Below, in pieces: positions 9,801 through 16,994 of a stretch of 64,000 bases of DNA. The translations under genes were made by a program, and so were the position numbers. The notes under the pieces were generated by a model. That model did not search any database. It was not told the origin of the DNA and saw only the letters and a list, made by a program, of their open reading frames with translations. The stretch lies in contig JBGAIM010000017.1 of assembly GCA_044225555.1 (NCBI GenBank), positions 9,915-73,914 on the forward strand. The letters run 5' to 3'. Position 1 is the first letter of the stretch. Each line of letters starts with the position of its first letter. Source of the DNA: Limisphaerales bacterium. Its GTDB lineage: Bacteria > Verrucomicrobiota > Verrucomicrobiia > Limisphaerales > JADLHS01.

Positions 9801-10453
9801 TGCACGGCAGCTAGGAATTGTTTGTGCCAGGCGGTGGGTGATTCATCCGAGAACAACTCCATTTGCGCGGCAAACCATTCCGGCGGGGAGGCGAGGGTTT
9901 GTGTGTACTGATGAATCTTCACCACCAGGCGGCGGAGGTCGTCGTCGTTCCCGCGACCGTAGGTGCGGATGAGTTCGCGGACGTCGGCGGCGGGTGGCGA
10001 TTCGTCCGCGTAGTGCTTGAGGAAAAGTTCGTTGAGGACGGTATGAATCAGCGGCTTGGTTTGAGAATCGTCGAGGACAACGCAGGCCGGGTCGAGACCG
10101 AGCGTGTGAAAGTTCCTTCGCACGAGGCCAAGACAAAAACTGTGCAGGGTGGAAATGGCCGCCTGATCCAGCAGGGCGAGTTGCTCGGCCAGCCAGGGCG
10201 CATCGTCAGAGTCTGGCGTGGCTTGGTCCGCGGCTTCGCGAAGCCGCTGCCGGAGCCGCTCCCGCATTTCCGCGGCGGCGGCTTCCGTGAAGGTGACCAT
10301 CAAGATTTCCTCAAGGGAACATTTCTCCTGCCATACCAGTTGCAGACAGCGCTCGGTGACGGTGCTGGTCTTGCCCGTGCCGGCCCCGGCCGCGACGAGC
10401 ACATTGCCGCGTGCGGCGAGGGCGGCCCGTTGTTGGGCGGTGAGCGCGCTCAT
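6836..10453 (-). CDS. addA: ATP-dependent helicase/nuclease subunit A (AddA/RexA type, UvrD-like helicase + PD-(D/E)XK nuclease)
   Basis: Walker A motif VAAGAGTGKT about 20 aa after ATG 10453 (MSALTAQQRAAL...). UvrD-type motifs (FVDECQDINAAQ, LTENFRS, IHASKGLEFPVV, LLYVALTRA). C-terminal nuclease motif VLDFKTD...QLKIYALA. The ORF also has an upstream ATG at 10537, which would add 28 low-complexity residues encoded by a heptamer repeat. Confidence 0.9.
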   Translation of the reverse strand: MSALTAQQRAALAARGNVLVAAGAGTGKTSTVTERCLQLVWQEKCSLEEILMVTFTEAAAAEMRERLRQRLREAADQATPDSDDAPWLAEQLALLDQAAISTLHSFCLGLVRRNFHTLGLDPACVVLDDSQTKPLIHTVLNELFLKHYADESPPAADVRELIRTYGRGNDDDLRRLVVKIHQYTQTLASPPEWFAAQMELFSDESPTAWHKQFLAAVQEWQREWREAIEPYAQGSKTVRACSVALEAIDANAGPAAIAIQLAAITAADGSKWDVLKKHFRDPIKGFFESATFLLDLARNNGAALAEDWQWSRAPMLTLLRLVQEFGAAFAQAKRDLGGIDFADQEQFALQLLLDGDRQPSAVARACREKFRFVFVDECQDINAAQDAILRAISRDGDAANRFLVGDVKQSIYRFRLADPRIFQKYQEEWAALRSQSGQTLALTENFRSAEGLLRFINPLFRRLMRPVVGGMSYDATAELQFGAPSTRAALSAKKDSEPRVRLHLLTKNEEATTGNDESDSRNPRTAELTDLPTTEREALLIATELRQLKAREHRIWDRQTGDFRAVEYSDMVVLLRATTGRTEVFAKAFHHIGVPLLAGRAGFLAAQEVTDILNLLRLLDNPLQDLPLLAVLRSPFVGLSAEELVRLRMIERHGLLWNTLWRSEGPGVHDTSELTTKLQTFRRQFQSWRDLIRHSSLTHCIETALIETHYESLLLAGERGRERVANVRRLIEMARRFDPFQREGLFRFLQFINEQEEAEVSHPPAGTTHENAVRVMTIHASKGLEFPVVVVAGLGGRFNLRDLSGDILLNEDLGLAPKILPPNTRGKYPSIAHWHAAQRERRAALGEELRLLYVALTRARDTLLLVGSAARKDVLAHWQNPAPLTDHALLKANTYLDWLRLWFVNETKPGDWQGGNIGANGLLSWQFHPANVVAESPRDLLADQTPDVLVIPTPKQIAEIRNRIALRYAHESAVLEPAKTTVTALRRRIADETDDEARKLFQPKVYTQSAVTSRTNATRLSAAEVGVAHHTFQQFVAVQRTATELDLRNEAEQMRVTGALTEEQLAALDFGALGHFWQSDLGVKLRKLPAPAINREMPFTARISAGELHALNVLPPANPLPADDFIVVQGQVDLAVLLPEEIWVLDFKTDRVNADELSAKAAHYEPQLKIYALALARIYRRPVTHCWLHFLTARCTMAVEAPACV

Positions 10454-10467
10454 CTGGAAAGAAGACA

Positions 10468-10495
10468 CCGAACCGCCAACCGCCAACCGCCAACC
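10468..10495 (-). repeat. Tandem heptamer repeat (GGTTGGC)x3 plus a degenerate copy, read on the minus strand
   Basis: The plus strand reads ccgaacc gccaacc gccaacc gccaacc. On the coding (minus) strand this is GGTTGGCGGTTGGCGGTTGGCGGTTCGG, ending 14 nt upstream of the addA ATG at 10453. Confidence 0.85.
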
Positions 10496-10595
10496 TCCAG
10501 AAAAGCACCACGTACCAAACCCCAGGTGGCACGCCATGGTTGGGAACCGGAAGCGGGAAACTGCTCGGGAGTTGGGATTCTGGTGCTTGAAGCTC

Positions 10596-13500
10596 TCATG
10601 GTGAATCCTTTGCCGGCGGCTTTAGTGCGCGAAATGCTTGCGTCCAGGGATCGAACCGGCAGATCGCGGCGTACTCACAGAAGTTGCACGCGGTTTCGCT
10701 GCCTTTGCGGAAGGGTGCGGGAGCAATCGCGCCGGAATAGATTTCTTTTCCGAACCGGCGCAGATTATCCATGGCCCGGGTCAGCAAACCGCGAAACGCG
10801 GCGGGGTCCAGCTGATTGCGCGAGGCGTGATGCGTCTTGAACTGCTCCTTCGTGCCACGCGGATCGAGTTTGTTGTAGAAGGTTGCATCGAAGCGCCCGG
10901 CGTGTTGAAACCCCTGGCGAATGGTTGCGGCGGAATCAGCCAAAGCATCGGTGCGATTCTTTTCGGAAACAAACTCGCCGCGCAGGTTCACGTAAAATAT
11001 GCCCGCGGGCGTGAGCGAGGTGACTTCGAGCGTGGCGCGGGCTTCGGGCAATTGTTCGAGGGCGGCGAGGTAGGCGGGTAATTGAAGTTGCAAGCCATGA
11101 TACAGCTTCAACTCATCCGGCTTGCGGCTGCTGGATTTGTAATCCAGGACGACCGCGAGCGCCGCGCCGGTGACACGATCGCGCCAGACATCCACGCGAT
11201 CAATCCGTCCGCGCAGGAGCAGGGCGTGTTGGTCGTCGAGCTCCAACCGCCACGCCGGCCAGAGGGAGTCCTCTTTCAGGCCGAACCCGACTTCGACGAG
11301 CATGGGATCGAATTGGTAATCGCGGGCCCAGCCGATGAGAACGCTGATGAGCGTTTCGAGGGAATCGAGCAAGGTGCCTCCGGTGAAACGGCGCGCGGCA
11401 TCGCTCACCAACAAACCCTGCCGGTAGTTCGACAGAAGATTCTCGCCGATGCGGCGAACCCGGGCGCGGGCCTCGTCAGCCGTCAGGTCGCGCCAGCGGA
11501 GATTCTCGTGGCGAAGTTCGTTGTGGAAGCGGGTGAGGACTTCGTGTTGAAACGAGCCGCGTTCCCGTGGGTCGAGTTCGTATTCCTTCCGTTCGGCGGC
11601 GCGGAGGCCGTGGCTGACGAAGAACTTGAACGGACAGGCGGCGAAATTTTCCAGAGCGCTGACCGAGGTGGCGAGTTCGCGGCCATACAACTCCCCGGCG
11701 GTTGCAGGCCGAAGTTGATCGTGCGCCGCGGCGGCAAGCTCGCGGGCTTTGGCGAGGATCGGAATGAGTGCCGGGTTGGCAGCCAACTCGTCAGCAGTCA
11801 GATTGGGCGTGGCAACAGCCGGGCGCATTTCCTGCCAGCGTAGGGCCGGCGCGATAATTTCATTCACGTGCTCCACGTCTTCAAATGCCGGAGGCGGCTG
11901 CCAGTCTTCCACTTCCAAAGCGGGTAAGAGCCTTTGGACATGATCGCAAAATGGCGAGCGATTGAGCCGGTTGCCGCGCGTGTCGGTTTTCGCACAAGTC
12001 AGAACGAGCCGTTCGCTGGCCCGGGTGCAGGCAATGTAACCGTAGAACCATTCGTGGCCGAGCCGATGCCGGTTGGTCGCGCCGAGTTTCGCGCCGTGAA
12101 GCTGGAGCGTGTCCCGCTCCGATTCGTTGAGCAGCGGGTCCTCCTGGGGTGGGGCGGGGAACACACCTTCGTTGAGGCCGAGGACGCAGGCGAGTTTGAG
12201 ATCAGGATTGCGCGAACGGTCCACGGCGCCGATGAGCACCTGATCCAGCATGGGCGGGATCACCCCGATGGTGAGATTGGCCAGACCGGACTCGAGGATG
12301 GGCAGCCATTCGCGCAACGGCAGTGGCTCCGACGGAAAGGCCCGGGCAAGGTTGTCGAGCCATGTTTCCATCTGGGCAAACACGGTGGCGTGAATGGGGG
12401 ATTGCGGATGGCGAACGGCTGCTTGATTGGCGGCGGCGTTCCATTTGGTGAGCGTGGTTTCCACGTCCAAGGCACTCCAGAGTTCGCGCAGCGCGCGGGC
12501 GAGGCTTTCGCCCGAGAACGGAGTGGCGGTTTGCGAGGCGAGGGCGATGAAGGGGGGAACGATCTGCTGCCGCAATTGTTCCGTGCTTTCCGAAAGCGCC
12601 GTTCGATCCGAACCGGAAGCCGGCTTTTGCCAGAATTCGCCTTGCCAGCCAAATTCGAGCGCGGCGTTTTCCAGCGAGTCAATTTCACCTTCAGCGACGG
12701 GAACCAGCCCGGTCTTCAGCGCGCCAAACCAATCGGCATGCCGCCAGCCAAAGGCCACAGTGCGCAGCGCATAGCGCGTGAGCTCGGCCAGCGGGTGATG
12801 GGAAACGGATTCGCGGCGGTCGAGAAAGACCGGTATGGCGTAGCGCGCAAAGATGCGTCGCAAAGTGTCGGCGTAACTATCAAGCGAGCGGACGAGCACG
12901 GCCGCTTCGCGATAGCGGCCACCCTCGCGGACGAAGCGACGAATTTCCCGGGCGGCCAGGGTGGCCTCGGCTTCCGGATCGGAGCAACTGAACAGCCGCA
13001 ACGCCGTGCGGGGATCGGATGCCTCGGCTTCCGGAAGGGCTAAGGCCGGTTTCGACCAGGCTGATTCGAGTCGCGCGAGTTGAACCCGCGATGAAAAGCG
13101 CGTCGGCTGGTTTTGCGCCGGCAGCATTTCCGTGCTGACTTCAACGCCGGGCAATTTCCCGATGCGTTCACGGCAGCGGAGGTAGGTTTGCCCGATGACC
13201 GCCCAAGGTGAGAGCCACGAGGGTTCTTCACCGATCTCTTTCGGCAGGCAGAAAGCGAGCGTGGTGCGTTCGGCCAGTGGCACAACGGCCGCGAGCAGGT
13301 CCAGTTCCTGCGCGGTCAGTTCCGCGAAGCCATCCATCCAAATACCACCGATGGGGAACGCGGCTGCCGCAGCCGGAAGCGCGGAATTGGAACGCAAAGC
13401 CGTTGCCGCTTCATCGAGGATGCAATCAGCGTCCCGGAGATCATGGAGACGCAGCCATTCGAGATAAGCATCCAGGATCAGCGCGAAGTCATGGAGTTTG

Positions 13501-13964
13501 TCGCGAAGCTGGTGGGGCGAAGAGATTTTTTCAGCGTAGGTCAGAAGCTGCTGCGGCGAAATCTGGTGCTGTTGCAGGTCGCGCAGCAGGAGGCTCAGGC
13601 GCGTGGCGAAACCAGGCAGCCGGGCCGTGGCGTGGAAGAGTTTGAGGTCGGTGCGGTTCCGGGCGAGCAGGGCGCGGATGACCATGCTGCGGCCTTCGTC
13701 GTCGAGCCAGCGCGGGGCGGCAGGAGAAATCTCGGAGAGAACATTTTCGGCCAGCCGGTTGAATGAAAGGATTTGCAGCCGGGTATAACCAGGCAGCTTA
13801 GGGTTGGCGAGCAACTGGCGTTCGAGTTGAAATGTGGCCTGTTTTGGGGCCAGCAACACCAGGGGCGGACCGTCCGGCGACCGGAGCAGCGCAGCACGGA
13901 TCTCGGCGAGGCAGCGGCAGGTCTTGCCGCTGCCGGCGGGGCCGAGGAGGAAGTGCGCCTGCAT
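10596..13964 (-). CDS. addB: ATP-dependent helicase/nuclease subunit B (AddB type with C-terminal Fe-S nuclease domain)
   Basis: N-terminal Walker A LLGPAGSGKT. C-terminal PD-(D/E)XK motif VVLDYKSS. Four-Cys cluster pattern typical of AddB (AACPFKFF ... CNFCEYAAIC = CxxCx5C). Located directly upstream of addA on the same strand. Confidence 0.88.
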   Translation of the reverse strand: MQAHFLLGPAGSGKTCRCLAEIRAALLRSPDGPPLVLLAPKQATFQLERQLLANPKLPGYTRLQILSFNRLAENVLSEISPAAPRWLDDEGRSMVIRALLARNRTDLKLFHATARLPGFATRLSLLLRDLQQHQISPQQLLTYAEKISSPHQLRDKLHDFALILDAYLEWLRLHDLRDADCILDEAATALRSNSALPAAAAAFPIGGIWMDGFAELTAQELDLLAAVVPLAERTTLAFCLPKEIGEEPSWLSPWAVIGQTYLRCRERIGKLPGVEVSTEMLPAQNQPTRFSSRVQLARLESAWSKPALALPEAEASDPRTALRLFSCSDPEAEATLAAREIRRFVREGGRYREAAVLVRSLDSYADTLRRIFARYAIPVFLDRRESVSHHPLAELTRYALRTVAFGWRHADWFGALKTGLVPVAEGEIDSLENAALEFGWQGEFWQKPASGSDRTALSESTEQLRQQIVPPFIALASQTATPFSGESLARALRELWSALDVETTLTKWNAAANQAAVRHPQSPIHATVFAQMETWLDNLARAFPSEPLPLREWLPILESGLANLTIGVIPPMLDQVLIGAVDRSRNPDLKLACVLGLNEGVFPAPPQEDPLLNESERDTLQLHGAKLGATNRHRLGHEWFYGYIACTRASERLVLTCAKTDTRGNRLNRSPFCDHVQRLLPALEVEDWQPPPAFEDVEHVNEIIAPALRWQEMRPAVATPNLTADELAANPALIPILAKARELAAAAHDQLRPATAGELYGRELATSVSALENFAACPFKFFVSHGLRAAERKEYELDPRERGSFQHEVLTRFHNELRHENLRWRDLTADEARARVRRIGENLLSNYRQGLLVSDAARRFTGGTLLDSLETLISVLIGWARDYQFDPMLVEVGFGLKEDSLWPAWRLELDDQHALLLRGRIDRVDVWRDRVTGAALAVVLDYKSSSRKPDELKLYHGLQLQLPAYLAALEQLPEARATLEVTSLTPAGIFYVNLRGEFVSEKNRTDALADSAATIRQGFQHAGRFDATFYNKLDPRGTKEQFKTHHASRNQLDPAAFRGLLTRAMDNLRRFGKEIYSGAIAPAPFRKGSETACNFCEYAAICRFDPWTQAFRALKPPAKDSP

Positions 13965-14065
13965 CGCCGGATGTTTTCCGCAAACCGGATTCGCGGAAAG
14001 GAATTTCTCGCCGGGAGCTGAAGGGAAAGATCTGAGATTTGTAGCAGGTTGCCGCGCCGGCTTCC

Positions 14066-14135
14066 CCGGGATGAGGCCAATTTTTTTTAAGATTTTTGTG
14101 GATTATTTATGGTCGTTTGCTAGAGTCGCGCCCCT
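14066..14135 (+). promoter_or_regulatory. AT-rich tract in the addB / dksA-like divergent intergenic region (probable promoter zone)
   Basis: ggccaattttttttaagatttttgtggattatttatggtcgtttgctagagtcg is strikingly AT-rich for this window. It contains TTGTGG and TAGAGT-like hexamers, but the spacing is not canonical, so I call no precise -35/-10. Confidence 0.3.
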
Positions 14136-14162
14136 TGTGGAACGGAAAACGTTCACGAGGAA

Positions 14163-14795
14163 ATGAATTTGGTAAGTGGTGCACGACCCATTTTGCGTGT
14201 GACAACGAAGAAGAAAGAGATGAAGAAAGCTCCCGTGCGCAACAAGGCGCATACGCCCGCCTCGGCGGCGGCCATTCTCGGACGACCGCTCGTCAGCAAG
14301 GCGCGCCCGGAAGCCGGCCCCAAGAAGGTCAAGGCCGAATGGCAGAAGTACTACGACCGGTTGCTGGAATTGCGCGAACAATTGATGCGCCAGATGAACG
14401 GGCTGGCCAAGGAATCCGCCCAGGAAATCGCCGGTTACAGCCTGCACATGGCTGACTCCGGCACGGATAATTTTGACCGCGACTTCGCTTTGAGTCTGTT
14501 GTCTTCAGATCAGGACGCCGTTTACGAGATCGAAGAGGCGCTCAAGCGCATCGAGAAAAATACTTACGGGACGTGCGAGTTGACCGGCAAGGCGATTCCC
14601 AAGGCCCGGCTGGAGGCGATTCCGTGGACCCGTTTTACGGTGACGGCCCAGGCGCAACTCGAACGGGATGGCGCTTTGCGGCAACGTCGGTTGGGAGCAC
14701 TTGGCACCGTAGATGCCGCGGGTGCGCCGGAAGTCGAGGAGGATGGCGACGAAGCCCCCGCCGCCGAGGAAAAAACCAAGGAGAAGGAGCAATAA
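14163..14795 (+). CDS. DksA/TraR-family protein with a degenerate (one-Cys) zinc-finger region
   Basis: Coiled-coil tip acidic motif HMADSGTDNFDRDFA, and a C-terminal block YGTCELTGKAIPKARLEAIPWTRFTVTAQ that is co-linear with the canonical YGxCxxCGxxIxxxRLxAxPxxxxCxxC. GAGGA lies 4 nt before the ATG. There is a Lys/Ala-rich N-terminal extension and an acidic tail. Confidence 0.8.
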   Translation: MNLVSGARPILRVTTKKKEMKKAPVRNKAHTPASAAAILGRPLVSKARPEAGPKKVKAEWQKYYDRLLELREQLMRQMNGLAKESAQEIAGYSLHMADSGTDNFDRDFALSLLSSDQDAVYEIEEALKRIEKNTYGTCELTGKAIPKARLEAIPWTRFTVTAQAQLERDGALRQRRLGALGTVDAAGAPEVEEDGDEAPAAEEKTKEKEQ

Positions 14796-14801
14796 GAGTT
14801 T

Positions 14802-14969
14802 ATGGCGCGCGAAATCATCACCATCGAATGCACGGAGGCCCGCAAGGAAGGCAAGTCTCCGTCGCGTTATACCACCACCCGCAACAAGAAGTTGAAGACC
14901 GAGAAGCTGGAGATCCGGAAGTACAATCCTGCCCTTCGTCGGCACACGTTGCACAAGGAAATCAAGTAA
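14802..14969 (+). CDS. rpmG: 50S ribosomal protein L33 (C-minus type, no CxxC pairs)
   Basis: My own translation: [55 protein letters not shown] (55 aa, below the ORF-track cutoff). YTTxKNKR-like and HxxxKE motifs of L33. Separated by 6 nt from the preceding stop. Confidence 0.9.
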   Translation: MAREIITIECTEARKEGKSPSRYTTTRNKKLKTEKLEIRKYNPALRRHTLHKEIK

Positions 14970-14975
14970 CCGCCT

Positions 14976-15230
14976 ATGCCTCGCAAGACCAACACCGATA
15001 GATCGGAACGCGGCCGCCGCAGTTCCAGCGAAAAACGCACCCCGCGTCCGAAGCCGAAAATTGACTTCACCGTGGATGCGCTGGATTTCAAGAACACGAA
15101 CCTGCTGCGGCAGTTCGTGACTGACCAGGGACGCATCCTCCCGCGCAAGTACACCGGCCTGCCGGCGCATTATCAGCGCCGGCTGAATCAGGCCATCAAA
15201 CGCGCGCGGCAGATGTTGTTGGTCAAGTAA
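14976..15230 (+). CDS. rpsR: 30S ribosomal protein S18
   Basis: 84 aa. Core LLRQFVTDQGRILPRKYTGLPAHYQRRLNQAIKRARQMLLV matches the S18 signature (GKIxPxRxTGxxxxxQRxLxxAIKRAR). Starts 6 nt after the rpmG stop. Confidence 0.9.
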   Translation: MPRKTNTDRSERGRRSSSEKRTPRPKPKIDFTVDALDFKNTNLLRQFVTDQGRILPRKYTGLPAHYQRRLNQAIKRARQMLLVK

Positions 15231-15240
15231 TCGTTTCCAA

Positions 15241-15266
15241 CCCCGCCGGATTCGGCGGGGTTTTCT
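15241..15266 (+). terminator. Rho-independent terminator after rpsR
   Basis: Perfect 8-bp GC stem ccccgccg / cggcgggg with loop gatt, followed by ttttctt. Confidence 0.8.
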
Positions 15267-15274
15267 TCGCCCGT

Positions 15275-15297
15275 CAATTGCGAATCATTTGCAATTG
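15275..15297 (+). promoter_or_regulatory. Candidate Fur-family (Zur-type) operator: 23-bp near-perfect palindrome
   Basis: CAATTGCGAATCATTTGCAATTG: 10 of 11 arm positions pair around the central C. The core TGCGAAT-C-ATTTGCA has the 7-1-7 AAT-N-ATT architecture of Fur/Zur/PerR boxes. It lies 34 nt upstream of the ZIP transporter ATG, and a Fur-family gene is the second gene of that operon. Confidence 0.55.
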
Positions 15298-15330
15298 GCG
15301 TGACTGAGATTTGGGGCGGGTCACTGTTCA

Positions 15331-16056
15331 ATGGATTATCTCCTCCTCCTTTCCAGCATCGTACTCGGTGCGGTGACGGTTTTTGGTTTCCGGCTGCACG
15401 ATGCACGGCACATCCGGCTGTTGAACGCATTTACCGGGGCGTTCTTGTTAAGCCTGACGATGCTGCATCTGTTGCCGGAACTTTACCACGAACATGGGGA
15501 AGCCGACACGGGGGCCCACGGAGCATTGTTCATCGGAGGGTTGATGCTCGCGGGCTTCTTTGTGCAGGTGGCGTTGGACGTGATTTCGATGGGCGTCGAA
15601 CACGGTCACTCGCACGCGCTGCATGGGAGGATGCCGGTGGGCGTGGTGGCGGGCCTTTGCCTGCACGCCTTCGTCGAGGCGATGGCTTTGGGTGACGGGC
15701 AGCATCACCATAACCTCGAGTCCCGGCGGCTGCTGCTGATGAGCATCGTTGTTCACAATTATCCGGTGGCCATCGCGTTGCTAGGCATGCTGCTGCATTC
15801 GGGCTTGAGCCGGTGGACCTCGCTGGCGCTGCTGGGGCTGTTTGCGGCCATGGGACCGTTGGGCATGTTCATCAGCGCGCACACGCCGCTGGCCAATTAC
15901 TCGCGCGAACTGATGGCGATTGTCATCGGCATCTTTATGCACATTTCCACCACCATCTTATTCGAAGCCAGCGATGTGCATCGGTTCAATTTTGCCAAGC
16001 TCGGCGCCATCATCCTGGGAACGGCGCTGGGCGTCGCGAGCGTGTTGCTTCATTGA
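15331..16056 (+). CDS. ZIP-family divalent metal (zinc) transporter
   Basis: 241 aa, multi-pass. His-rich loop (GVEHGHSHALHG, GDGQHHHN). ZIP signature helices LHAFVEAMALG and VHNYPVAIALLG. Confidence 0.85.
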   Translation: MDYLLLLSSIVLGAVTVFGFRLHDARHIRLLNAFTGAFLLSLTMLHLLPELYHEHGEADTGAHGALFIGGLMLAGFFVQVALDVISMGVEHGHSHALHGRMPVGVVAGLCLHAFVEAMALGDGQHHHNLESRRLLLMSIVVHNYPVAIALLGMLLHSGLSRWTSLALLGLFAAMGPLGMFISAHTPLANYSRELMAIVIGIFMHISTTILFEASDVHRFNFAKLGAIILGTALGVASVLLH

Positions 16057-16064
16057 ACTCAGCC

Positions 16065-16520
16065 ATGCCGCAGTCACGCGCTAGATTGCTGAAGGACGAG
16101 CAGGGGAACTCCGGCCTGTACGACCGGCTGCGCCGCGAATCCCGCAAGCTCACCGGCCCGCGGCGCGCGGTGCTCCAGGTGTTGGGTGATGAGGCGCGCC
16201 CGCTTTCGAGCCAGGAAATTTTTCATCGCCTGCCGAAGGGGGCGGGTGATCTCGCCACCGTTTACCGCTCGATCCAGTTGCTGGAACGGCTTGGAATGGT
16301 GAAGCGGTTTCACTTTGGCGACGGGGTGGCGCGGTTTGCCTTGCTGGACGAACGGCATCACGGCCATCAACATCATCTCGTCTGCACCCGGTGCGCCAGT
16401 CTGGTGGAGATTGGCGATTGCATCGTGCGGGAACTGGAGGAACGGATTGCCGCCCGGAGCAAATTCAAGGCGGTGACCCATCGTCTGGAATTTTTCGGGG
16501 TTTGCCCGGCCTGCCAATGA
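16065..16520 (+). CDS. Fur-family transcriptional regulator (likely Zur, from context)
   Basis: From ATG 16065: MPQSRARLL...RKLTGPRRAVLQVLGDEARPLSSQEIF (winged helix), HHGHQHHLVCTRCASLVEI and FFGVCPACQ (two CxxC pairs typical of the Fur-family structural Zn site). Starts 8 nt after the ZIP stop. The ORF-track entry 15813-16520 is an upstream extension overlapping the ZIP gene. Confidence 0.85.
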   Translation: MPQSRARLLKDEQGNSGLYDRLRRESRKLTGPRRAVLQVLGDEARPLSSQEIFHRLPKGAGDLATVYRSIQLLERLGMVKRFHFGDGVARFALLDERHHGHQHHLVCTRCASLVEIGDCIVRELEERIAARSKFKAVTHRLEFFGVCPACQ

Positions 16521-16521
16521 A

Positions 16522-16545
16522 AAGGCCACGCTTGCGCGTGGCCTT
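16522..16545. terminator. Hairpin between convergent genes (possible bidirectional terminator)
   Basis: aaggccacgc-ttgc-gcgtggcctt, a perfect 10-bp stem immediately after the Fur-family stop. The T-tract is weak (caactcttgatttg). Confidence 0.45.
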
Positions 16546-16574
16546 CAACTCTTGATTTGTTTGTAAATCTTCCC

Positions 16575-16739
16575 CTAGGTGGCCTGTTCCTCCTGCCAGT
16601 CCGCCAAATGCAGGTATTCCCGGATCTTCCGACGCTCGTAACGATGTTTGAGGGACTTCTTTGGCTGACTATCCGCCTTGCGAAACGGGTGCTTCGGGTT
16701 GCGGATGGCTTCGGTGATGACTTCGAGGGTTTTGATCAT
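16575..16739 (-). CDS. Hypothetical small basic protein (54 aa from ATG 16739; the ORF extends to GTG 16838)
   Basis: ORF track 16575-16838. The ATG-initiated part is MIKTLEVITEAIRNPKHPFRKADSQPKKSLKHRYERRKIREYLHLADWQEEQAT. No family recognised and the RBS is weak. Confidence 0.3.
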   Translation of the reverse strand: MIKTLEVITEAIRNPKHPFRKADSQPKKSLKHRYERRKIREYLHLADWQEEQAT

Positions 16740-16884
16740 GGCTCGTGTCGTTATGGAGTTTACGTTGAGGACAGCCGGCCCGGCGAGCGCTCCTTGTTGC
16801 GCCCACGGATAAGTTAAGACTGAGACGGGCATAAGCACCTCAGACGATTACGACTATGTGACAGACCTGTGACGCTGTCATTCA

Positions 16885-16901
16885 AAAGTTTTCAAAACTT
16901 T
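16885..16901. promoter_or_regulatory. Perfect 17-bp palindrome AAAGTTTTCAAAACTTT in the divergent intergenic region upstream of rsmI
   Basis: 8-1-8 perfect inverted repeat read directly from the sequence, 94 nt upstream of the rsmI ATG. It is AT-rich in a GC-rich context. Confidence 0.35.
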
Positions 16902-16994
16902 CTTTTCCTGCCATCCGGCACGACATCTGCCACAAAATTCTCTGGCCCATAAATCCAACTTTGTTCCCGCCGGCGCTTGGCCTAACCTCCGCGC

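Noticed and set aside
10468-10495. Could the heptamer repeat be a CRISPR-like or minisatellite array?
   Set aside because: The units are 7 nt and contiguous with no spacers, there are only about 4 copies, and no cas genes are present. It is a simple tandem repeat.
11934-13043. 369-aa plus-strand ORF inside addB (similar cases at 3292-4239 in the subtilase and 9863-10840 across addA/addB)
   Set aside because: All are antisense to genes with strong motif support and have the Arg/Gly-rich composition typical of GC-rich shadow frames.
14096-14105. DnaA-box-like TGTGGATTA (reverse TAATCCACA, 8/9 to TTATCCACA) in the AT-rich tract
   Set aside because: It is a single copy only, with no cluster of boxes, no dnaA/dnaN and no AT-rich 13-mers typical of an origin. 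It is more likely part of a promoter region.
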